Below are positions 7,844 through 14,990 of a stretch of 32,000 nt of DNA, one piece after another. The position numbers and the translations under genes were made by a program. The notes under the pieces are model-generated. The model saw only the letters and a program-made list of their open reading frames with translations. It did no database searches and had not been told where the DNA came from. The stretch's first letter is position 1. Each line of letters opens with the position of its first letter. Source of the DNA: Frederiksenia canicola (GTDB lineage Bacteria > Pseudomonadota > Gammaproteobacteria > Enterobacterales > Pasteurellaceae); contig NZ_CP015029.1 in assembly GCF_011455495.1 (NCBI RefSeq), forward strand, positions 712,740 to 744,739, in the 5' to 3' direction.

Positions 7844-8917
7844 ATGTGGCTTACTTTTCTCTCCGTCATTATTGTCTCATTCACAACATTGATTGTCATG
7901 CGTCCCGTGGCACAGTGGATTGGTTTAGTCGATAAACCGAATTTCCGTAAACGCCATCAGGGCGTCATTCCCTTGATTGGTGGGATTGCCCTTTTTCTCG
8001 GTAATCTCACTTTTTACCTGATGCAGTGGGAACAGATGAAGTTCCCCGAACTCTATCTTTCTGCGGTGACAATTTTATTAGTGATCGGTGTGTTAGACGA
8101 CCGTTTCGACATCAGCCCATTTTTGCGGGCGGGCATTCAAGCTGCATTGGCGGGAGCAATGATTTACAGTGGATTGTCTATCGCCAGCTTGGGTCAGCTT
8201 ATCGCCCCTTTCAGCTTGGAACTTGGAGCGGTTGGTGTGGTGCTGACGGTGTTTATCACTATCGGAATCATCAACGCCTTCAATATGATTGACGGTATTG
8301 ACGGTTTGTTGGCAGGTCTGTCGAGCGTTAGTTTTGCGGGCATCGGGATTTTGATGTGGCTCGATGATCAATATACGCTAGCGTACTGGTGTTTCGGTAT
8401 TATCTGCGTGCTGCTGCCGTATGCGATGTTCAACCTGAGTGTTTTCGGGGCGAAGTGGAAAGTGTTTATGGGCGACTCGGGCAGCACGCTCATCGGCTTT
8501 ACGATTATTTGGATTTTGCTACTTAGTACACAAGGACAAGGGCACGCCATTAGCCCAATCACGGGGTTATGGCTGATTGCCGTGCCGCTGATTGATATGG
8601 TGGCGATTATTTTCCGTCGCCTGAAAAAGGGGAAAAGTCCGTTCCGCCCAGACCGCTTGCACATTCACCATTTAATGATGCGTGCGGGGCTCACTTCTCG
8701 CCAAGCCCTTGCGGTGATTACCTTCGGCTCGGCACTCTGTGCGGGCTTCGGGATTTTAGGCGAAGTCTATTACTGGAACCAATGGGTGATGTTCGTTTGC
8801 TTTATCTCCCTGTTTTTTCTCTATTCCTATTCGATTATGCACGCCTGGCGTATCACCCGTTTTGTCCGCCGCCACAAACGCCGTTTGCGTAAAAAACAAG
8901 GGAACGTGAAGTCATGA
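7844..8917 (+). CDS. wecA: UDP-GlcNAc:undecaprenyl-phosphate GlcNAc-1-phosphate transferase
   Basis: 357 aa. It contains GLVDKPNFRKRHQG, DDRFDI, NAFNMIDGIDGL, VFMGDSGSTLIGF and SPFRPDRLHIHH, collinear with E. coli WecA. 7844 is the first ATG after an in-frame stop at 7820. Confidence 0.95.
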   Translation: MWLTFLSVIIVSFTTLIVMRPVAQWIGLVDKPNFRKRHQGVIPLIGGIALFLGNLTFYLMQWEQMKFPELYLSAVTILLVIGVLDDRFDISPFLRAGIQAALAGAMIYSGLSIASLGQLIAPFSLELGAVGVVLTVFITIGIINAFNMIDGIDGLLAGLSSVSFAGIGILMWLDDQYTLAYWCFGIICVLLPYAMFNLSVFGAKWKVFMGDSGSTLIGFTIIWILLLSTQGQGHAISPITGLWLIAVPLIDMVAIIFRRLKKGKSPFRPDRLHIHHLMMRAGLTSRQALAVITFGSALCAGFGILGEVYYWNQWVMFVCFISLFFLYSYSIMHAWRITRFVRRHKRRLRKKQGNVKS

Positions 8918-9660
8918 TGGGATTTGCAAAAAATACAGCGAAACTGACCGCTTGTATCGCTCTTGGTGCTGCGGTTGGTTTTGGTTTGGCTGAAATCCAA
9001 ACGCCACAATGGCGAACCACCGCTCAATTCGACCAACCTACCGTCCAAGAGCTCGGCAACTACTATGCATTAGCCAGCACTTACCATTTGGTAAGCGGTG
9101 AGAAAATCGATCAATTTGACCAATGGCTAAGTGAAAAAAGCTACGGCGAGTTTAAACGAAATTTGACTTCGCCTGATGTGATCAAACAGTTTCTAACCGA
9201 AAAAATGCAACCTGAGCAACTTATCAATGCATTTCAGTTTGATGCAAAAACGCAACAACTGCATTTGACCTTAAGCCACCGTGAAACTGCCAAACCGTTG
9301 CTGGACGAATTTATTCAATACGCCAATTTACGTAGCCGAGCGGCGCTTAATGGTGAGCTGATTAGTCAATGGAAGGTGCTATTCCAACAAGTGAAAACGG
9401 CTGCGGAAACCAATTTGGGCGCCATCCAAAATGGCTCACACATCGCTGCACAAGACTGGAACGGCAAATTGACTCTCATGAAATCGGTGCAGCCACTAGA
9501 CAACCAACTCATCGCCTATCGCTTAGTGCAAAGACCGAGCGTGCCTGTTCAACCCCATTCGCCTATACGAAATTTATGGATGATGATTGGGGCGGCAAGT
9601 GGTCTGCTGCTTGGCTTATTTTCTCTTTCACTTGCGAGCTTCCGCCGTAATGCAGCGTAA
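8914..9660 (+). CDS. wzzE: ECA chain-length modulator (WzzE-like PCP-1), short form
   Basis: 248 aa with an N-terminal and a C-terminal TM segment. The anchors [19 protein letters not shown] and [25 protein letters not shown] match the E. coli WzzE ends. The ATG overlaps the wecA stop (ATGA). Confidence 0.75.
   Translation: MMGFAKNTAKLTACIALGAAVGFGLAEIQTPQWRTTAQFDQPTVQELGNYYALASTYHLVSGEKIDQFDQWLSEKSYGEFKRNLTSPDVIKQFLTEKMQPEQLINAFQFDAKTQQLHLTLSHRETAKPLLDEFIQYANLRSRAALNGELISQWKVLFQQVKTAAETNLGAIQNGSHIAAQDWNGKLTLMKSVQPLDNQLIAYRLVQRPSVPVQPHSPIRNLWMMIGAASGLLLGLFSLSLASFRRNAA
8946..8955 (-). repeat. Apl-type USS core (GACCGCTTGT on the plus strand), with TTTGCAAAA 14 nt upstream (8923-8931)
   Basis: Exact 10-mer inside wzzE codons 4-14, translated as [11 protein letters not shown]. 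Confidence 0.85.
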
Positions 9661-10795
9661 AATCAAGGTGTTAAGCGTCTTTGGCACTCGCCCCGAAGCG
9701 ATAAAAATGTCGCCGATTGTGGCGGCGTTAGCCCAAGATCCCACTTTTGATGCCAACGTGTGTGTGACGGGGCAGCATCGTCAAATGCTAGATCAAGTGC
9801 TTGATTTATTTGCGATCTCGCCTGATTTCGATCTGAACATTATGAAATCAGGGCAGAGCTTGGCGGACATTACCGCTCAAATCTTGCTCGAGCTGCCTGC
9901 GGTTTTAACCGCATGTTCTCCTGATATTGTACTTGTACACGGCGATACTACCACAACGTTTGCCGCTACTTTGGCGTGCTTTTACCAAAAAATCCCTGTC
10001 GCTCACATCGAAGCAGGGCTACGCACCTACGATCTGCATTCTCCTTTTCCTGAAGAAGCCAACCGCCATTTGACGAGCGTGTTGGCGGCGTATCATTTCG
10101 CCCCAACGGAAAATGCCAAGCAGAATTTACTGGCGGAAAATATCCCAGCGGATCGGATTTTTGTGGTCGGTAACAGCGTGATTGATGCCTTGCTCAACGC
10201 TTTGCAAAAAATCCGCCGAAACCCACCGCTTGCTGAACAGCTTGCTTGCCGTTATTCGTTTTTAGATGACCACAAAAAATTGATTTTGGTCACGGGACAT
10301 CGGCGGGAAAATATCGGCAAAGGCTTTGAACGTATCTGTTTGGCGTTAGCAGAAATCGCCCGCCAGCAGCCAGAGGTGCAAATTGTGTTCCCTGTGCATC
10401 TCAACCCACAGGTCGGCGAGCCAGTCAATCGCTTGTTGAGCGGCATTGAGAACCTGTTTTTACTCGAACCGCAGGATTACCTGCCGTTTATCTACTTAAT
10501 GGATAGGGCTTATTTGGTACTGACGGACTCGGGCGGCATTCAGGAAGAGGCTTCCGCCCTAGGCACGCCTGTGTTGGTGATGCGAGAGACTAGCGAACGT
10601 ACGGAAGCTATCGCTACAGGCTCGGTAAAATTAGTTGGCACCCAAACTGCCAACATCGTCCAAGCGGTCAATCAACTGCTTCATAACAAGACGAGTTACC
10701 GCCAAATGATCCAAGCTCACAGCCCTTACGGCGACGGTAAAACAAGCGAAAGCGTGGTACGGATTTTGAAAAATGTAGGAAACCATTTAGTGTAG
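9650..10795 (+). CDS. wecB: UDP-N-acetylglucosamine 2-epimerase
   Basis: I trimmed the track ORF (TTG at 9587) to the ATG at 9650. The product [24 protein letters not shown]...[13 protein letters not shown]...HGDTTT...DSGGIQEEA is a canonical WecB. Confidence 0.95.
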   Translation: MQRKIKVLSVFGTRPEAIKMSPIVAALAQDPTFDANVCVTGQHRQMLDQVLDLFAISPDFDLNIMKSGQSLADITAQILLELPAVLTACSPDIVLVHGDTTTTFAATLACFYQKIPVAHIEAGLRTYDLHSPFPEEANRHLTSVLAAYHFAPTENAKQNLLAENIPADRIFVVGNSVIDALLNALQKIRRNPPLAEQLACRYSFLDDHKKLILVTGHRRENIGKGFERICLALAEIARQQPEVQIVFPVHLNPQVGEPVNRLLSGIENLFLLEPQDYLPFIYLMDRAYLVLTDSGGIQEEASALGTPVLVMRETSERTEAIATGSVKLVGTQTANIVQAVNQLLHNKTSYRQMIQAHSPYGDGKTSESVVRILKNVGNHLV

Positions 10796-10898
10796 GGACG
10801 GAGCTGCGTATTCTCCCGAAAACAAGTGGTCAAATTTATTCAAGAATTTGCAAAGCATGTTCTGGGCGGAGACATAGACCGCTCCTACAACATATAGA

Positions 10899-12143
10899 AT
10901 GTCTATGAAAATGAAAAAAAACCAACGTATTTCCATCATTGGCTTAGGTTATATCGGTTTGCCTACGGCAGCGGTGTTTGCCCAAAGTGGTTGCCGCGTG
11001 ATTGGCGTGGACAGCAATCCACAGGTGGTGGAAACCCTAAACCAAGGCAAAATTCACATTCACGAGCCACAGTTGGCAGAGGCGGTGCAACAAGCGGTCA
11101 GTTCTGGGCGATTTTTTGCAACGCTCACCCCCCAACCTGCGGACGCCTTTATCATCGCCGTGCCTACGCCGTTCCAAGCGGATCATCAGCCCGATTTGAG
11201 TTATATCCAAGCGGCGATTGAAAGCCTTGCTCCAGTGTTGAATAACGGTAATTTGATTGTGTTGGAATCAACCTCTCCTGTTGGCACGACGGAAAAACTT
11301 GCCGAATGGCTAACGGCATTACGCCCCGATCTCACCGATCAACTCTTTTTTGCTTACTGCCCAGAACGTGTGCTACCCGGCAACATTATGCAAGAAATCT
11401 ACCACAACGACCGCATTATCGGCGGGCTAACTCCCGAGAGCAGCGAACAAGCGGTCAGTTTGTATCAGCTTTTTACCAAAGGCGAATGTTTGACCACCGA
11501 CAGCCGCACCGCTGAAATGTGTAAACTCACTGAAAATGCCTTCCGTGATGTGAATATCGCCTTTGCTAACGAATTGTCGATGATTTGCGACCGCCACCAA
11601 ATCAATGTGTGGGAGCTGATCGCCCTTGCTAACCGCCACCCGCGTGTCAATATTTTGCAAGCGGGAGCTGGCGTGGGCGGGCATTGCATAGCCGTTGATC
11701 CGTGGTTTATCGTTTCGCTCGATCCAGAACAGAGCCGCTTAATCCAAACCGCTCGCCATATCAATGACCACAAACCGCAATGGCTGCGAGATAAAATCAA
11801 ACTCGCCGTTGCCGATTGTGCCGCCGCCACCGACCGAAAACCGAGCGACATCACCATCGCCTGTTTTGGCTTAGCTTTCAAAGCGGATGTGGACGATCTT
11901 CGTCACAGTCCCGCCTTGCAAATCACCGAACAACTCGCCGATTGGCACCACGGCACCTTACTGGCTGTTGAACCCTACATTACCACCTTGCCTGAGAGCC
12001 TAAACGGCAAAGCCACGCTCACCGACTTCCACACCGCGTTAGCCCAAGCAGATATTGCCGTACTGCTGGTTGATCATCATCTGTTTAAAACCGCCCAACC
12101 CACACAGCGTTGGATTGTCGATGCAAAAGGAATCTGGCAATGA
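10899..12143 (+). CDS. wecC: UDP-N-acetyl-D-mannosamine dehydrogenase
   Basis: 414 aa. It contains IGLGYIGLPTAAVFA (Rossmann fold), AVPTPF, TAEMCKLTENAFRDVNIAFANE and GGHCI. The choice among three clustered ATGs (10899, 10905, 10911) is uncertain. Confidence 0.95.
   Translation: MSMKMKKNQRISIIGLGYIGLPTAAVFAQSGCRVIGVDSNPQVVETLNQGKIHIHEPQLAEAVQQAVSSGRFFATLTPQPADAFIIAVPTPFQADHQPDLSYIQAAIESLAPVLNNGNLIVLESTSPVGTTEKLAEWLTALRPDLTDQLFFAYCPERVLPGNIMQEIYHNDRIIGGLTPESSEQAVSLYQLFTKGECLTTDSRTAEMCKLTENAFRDVNIAFANELSMICDRHQINVWELIALANRHPRVNILQAGAGVGGHCIAVDPWFIVSLDPEQSRLIQTARHINDHKPQWLRDKIKLAVADCAAATDRKPSDITIACFGLAFKADVDDLRHSPALQITEQLADWHHGTLLAVEPYITTLPESLNGKATLTDFHTALAQADIAVLLVDHHLFKTAQPTQRWIVDAKGIWQ
11090..11099 (+). 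repeat. Apl-type USS core ACAAGCGGTC, with TTTTGCAAC after 14 nt (11114-11122)
   Basis: Exact 10-mer inside wecC. Confidence 0.85.
11447..11456 (+). repeat. Apl-type USS core ACAAGCGGTC
   Basis: Exact 10-mer inside wecC. Confidence 0.85.
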
Positions 12144-12967
12144 AAATCGAACGAAATCAATGGGAAAGTGAATTTTTTGGGAGAGAGATTGGTTCGTTGA
12201 TTTTTGAGCTAGAGGATCACATTCTGCCCCCGCTTGCGGGGGAAGTACCCTGCGAAGCAGGGAGTAGGGGGGAACAAGCGGTCAGTTTTTGCCAAAATTT
12301 TACAAATTTCCCCCCTTCGGTTTCGCTTTGTTCAACCACTTCCCCGGCAAGCGGGGGCAGAATAGAAGGTATCTCGTTGCTCCAAGCCAAAACCCCCACC
12401 ACCGATCTCAACACAATCCACTGGTTGCAACAACACGGTTTTCAACTGGTGGAAACGGAAATCACCTTTGTACTTGAATTTGCAAAATTTCCCGAGAAAC
12501 TGACCGCTTGCGAATGCCGAATTGCCGAAAAAACGGATGTCGCCGCCCTAAAAAAACTCGTTGGCTCCGCTTTTCCTCACACTCGCTTCCGTCCACCCTA
12601 TTTCAGCCAAGCAGAAAACCAACGTTTCTATGCAAAATGGATCGAAAATGCGGTGAAAGGTGAGTTTGATGATCTTTGCTTGATCGCCGAACAAGACGGC
12701 AAACTGCAAGGCACAATCAGTCTAAGATTCAACGGCAAAACCGCCAAAATTGGCTTACTTGCCGTTGCTTCCGAATTTCAACGCCAAGGCATCGCGAAGC
12801 GATTACTTTCCGCCGCCATATCACACGCCAAACACCATAATGCCGAAAATTTGCACATCACCACTCAACTGAGTAACATAGCCGCCATCTCGCTCTATCA
12901 ATCTATTGGAGCGACAATTTCTGAGACGAATTATTGGTTTTATCAATTTTTTTGTAAATATTTGTAA
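12140..12967 (+). CDS. wecD: dTDP-fucosamine acetyltransferase (WecD/RffC) carrying an in-frame insertion of about 47 aa
   Basis: I placed the start at the ATG at 12140, which overlaps the wecC stop (ATGA). The track ORF start at 12110 would overlap wecC. The N-terminal NQWESEFFG and the C-terminal FRPPYF...FYAKWIENAVKGEFD...IGLLAV...QRQGIA...YW are collinear with E. coli WecD. Confidence 0.85.
   Translation: MKIERNQWESEFFGREIGSLIFELEDHILPPLAGEVPCEAGSRGEQAVSFCQNFTNFPPSVSLCSTTSPASGGRIEGISLLQAKTPTTDLNTIHWLQQHGFQLVETEITFVLEFAKFPEKLTACECRIAEKTDVAALKKLVGSAFPHTRFRPPYFSQAENQRFYAKWIENAVKGEFDDLCLIAEQDGKLQGTISLRFNGKTAKIGLLAVASEFQRQGIAKRLLSAAISHAKHHNAENLHITTQLSNIAAISLYQSIGATISETNYWFYQFFCKYL
12221..12363 (+). 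mobile_element. MITE-like nested palindromic element carrying a USS, in-frame within wecD
   Basis: The 26-bp terminal inverted repeats (12221-12246 vs 12338-12363) are 25/26 complementary. An inner G6 (12267-12272) / C6 (12310-12315) stem encloses ACAAGCGGTC (12274-12283). A local hairpin lies at 12248-12262. Confidence 0.6.
12274..12283 (+). repeat. Apl-type USS core ACAAGCGGTC
   Basis: Exact 10-mer at the centre of the palindromic element. Confidence 0.85.
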
Positions 12968-13076
12968 GCGACATACCCTGTCAAGCAGCTTAAAAACACT
13001 TTTGTTATACTTTTCTCAATGTTAGACATCAGTATAGCTAACAGAGAATGTACTACTTATTTTCAAGGAGCTAATT

Positions 13077-13754
13077 ATGATTGCTGGAGATCATATCTAT
13101 TCCCCGAGAACGGGTTACACTCACCACGGTATTTATATCGGTAATCAACAAGTGATTCACTATTCTGGTTTTGCAAATGGAATGAATAGTGGTGAAATTT
13201 GCATTGCAGCAGTAGATGAATTTAGTAATGGAAATCCAGTGCATGTTTTGGAAAGGCCTTTCCGAGTTTTTAGCCATACTGAAACCGTAGAGCGAGCTTA
13301 TCAGCGATTAGGTGAAGACTGGTATAACGTATTACTGAATAATTGTGAACATTTTGTAAACTGGTGTATTAATGGTAAACATGAAAGTTCACAAGTGAAT
13401 GATTTAGTGGATTCTTTGCAGAAAGTAAATGATGCGGTTTCTTATTCTAAATCTCTCAGTTCACCTTCGCTCGACAGCGGGAGAATAGCAACAACAGTAC
13501 CAACTTCATCACTTCCTTTATCGTTAGGTGGGGGAGTAACCGCAATCTCTGGTTTAGCGGGAATTGCATCGACTGTGGTTGCTACGAAAATGGTTGAAGA
13601 AGTGCTTTCGGATGATAGTGAAGTTAAGCAAACGTTTGTGGATGCAGTGGATTCAACGACTGAATTTATCGGTGAAACCGTTGAGGAAGTCGGAGAAGTG
13701 ATTGATTCTGTTGTAACTGGAGCAATTGACTTTATCGGCAGTATTTTTGATTAG
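13077..13754 (+). CDS. LRAT/PLAAT-family (permuted NlpC/P60) Cys-His acyltransferase/phospholipase-like protein with a hydrophobic segment and an acidic C-terminal tail
   Basis: Strong SD AAGGAG (13065-13070), 6 nt before the ATG. The motifs GDHIY..YTHHGIYIG..VIHY and NNCEHFVNWC (His16, His28, Cys90) match the LRAT/H-RAS-like-suppressor signature. Confidence 0.8.
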   Translation: MIAGDHIYSPRTGYTHHGIYIGNQQVIHYSGFANGMNSGEICIAAVDEFSNGNPVHVLERPFRVFSHTETVERAYQRLGEDWYNVLLNNCEHFVNWCINGKHESSQVNDLVDSLQKVNDAVSYSKSLSSPSLDSGRIATTVPTSSLPLSLGGGVTAISGLAGIASTVVATKMVEEVLSDDSEVKQTFVDAVDSTTEFIGETVEEVGEVIDSVVTGAIDFIGSIFD

Positions 13755-13838
13755 TTATTCAATACGGCATGATGTAGTTATCACCTTTAATCGCTATATC
13801 ACGCCTATTTTGTTATCGTTATAACCAAAAATCATTCT

Positions 13839-14990
13839 TTGAACAGTAAGGATCTATCTATTATCCCCTTCAACCAACCCGCTTTGGTCGGGTCAGAATT
13901 AGGCTATATGCAACAAGCGATGGCAAGTGGCAGGCTGTCGGGCGATGGCGATTTTACCCGCCGCTGCGAAAGTTGGTTTGAGCAGCAATTCGGCACAGCT
14001 CGGGCGTTGTTGACGCCGTCTTGCACCGCATCGCTCGAAATGGCAGCGATTTTGCTCGATATTCAGGCAGGCGATGAAGTAATTATGCCCAGCTACACCT
14101 TTGTGTCCACCGCCAATGCCTTTGCCTTGCGGGGAGCGAAAATCGTGTTTGTAGATGTTCGCCCTGACACGATGAACATGGATGAAGGCTTAATTGAAGC
14201 GGCAATCACCCCTCGCACCAAAGCGATTGTGCCAGTGCATTACGCCGGCGTCGCGTGTGAAATGGATGCGATGATGGCGTTGGCGGAAAAATACGGCTTG
14301 TGGGTGGTGGAAGATGCCGCACAGGGCGTGATGGCGGGCTATAAAGGCAGGGCATTAGGTACTATCGGGCATTTGGGCTGTTTCAGCTTTCACGAAACCA
14401 AAAACTACACCGCAGGCGGTGAAGGTGGAGCAATCTTGATCAACGATCCTGCTTTGATCGAGCGGGCGGAGATTGTGCGAGAAAAAGGCACAGATCGCAG
14501 CCAGTTTTTCCGTGGGCAGATCGACAAATACACATGGCGGGATCTCGGTTCGAGCTTTCTCCCTTCTGAACTGCAAGCCGCATACCTTTTCGCTCAGCTA
14601 GAAAGTGCCGAGCAAATTAATCGCAAGCGACTGATTTTATGGCAAAATTACCAACAGGCCTTTGCGGCACTGGCTGCTACTGGGAGAATTGAGTTGCCAA
14701 CTATTCCGCCCGATTGCCAGCAAAACGGGCATCTTTTTTATCTTAAACTTCGCAATCTTGCCGATCGTTCAGCATTTATTGCTCACTTAAAAAAGCATAA
14801 TATTTTGGCGGTGTTTCATTATATCCCCCTACACACCAGCCCCGCAGGACAACGCTTCGGGCGTTTTGTGGGCGAAGATCGTTTCACCACTCAAGAAAGT
14901 GAACGGCTTGTGCGATTGCCGTTGTTCTATAATTTGAGCGAAGGCGATCAACAAAGGGTGATTGATGTGGCGTTGGAGTATTTTAAATGA
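13839..14990 (+). CDS. wecE: dTDP-4-amino-4,6-dideoxygalactose transaminase
   Basis: Almost collinear with E. coli WecE from IPFN onward (LLTPSCTASLEMAA, IMPSYTFVSTANAF, FSFHETKNYTAGGEGGA, YIPLH). The start is uncertain. TTG at 13839 (the track start) has no SD. ATT at 13860 has AAGGA 7 nt upstream. Confidence 0.9.
   Translation: MNSKDLSIIPFNQPALVGSELGYMQQAMASGRLSGDGDFTRRCESWFEQQFGTARALLTPSCTASLEMAAILLDIQAGDEVIMPSYTFVSTANAFALRGAKIVFVDVRPDTMNMDEGLIEAAITPRTKAIVPVHYAGVACEMDAMMALAEKYGLWVVEDAAQGVMAGYKGRALGTIGHLGCFSFHETKNYTAGGEGGAILINDPALIERAEIVREKGTDRSQFFRGQIDKYTWRDLGSSFLPSELQAAYLFAQLESAEQINRKRLILWQNYQQAFAALAATGRIELPTIPPDCQQNGHLFYLKLRNLADRSAFIAHLKKHNILAVFHYIPLHTSPAGQRFGRFVGEDRFTTQESERLVRLPLFYNLSEGDQQRVIDVALEYFK

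Noticed and set aside
9587-9649. N-terminal extensions suggested by the ORF track: wecB from TTG at 9587, wecD from 12110, the ycaC-like gene from 6257, and the XapX-like gene from 5512.
   Set aside because: The extensions overlap upstream genes or hairpins and add non-conserved residues. The internal ATGs have SDs or ATGA coupling, and the conserved protein starts at them.
12217-12414. A 65-aa minus-strand ORF lies across the wecD palindromic element.
   Set aside because: It is a mirror-image by-product of the palindrome. It encodes the same ILPPLAGEV / TSPASGGR peptides and lies antisense to a well-supported gene.
12140-12967. I considered whether wecD is a pseudogene disrupted by the 143-bp element.
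   Set aside because: The frame stays open through the element. Conserved WecD sequence lies in the same frame on both sides, and the start is translationally coupled to wecC. I therefore kept it as an intact, insertion-bearing CDS.
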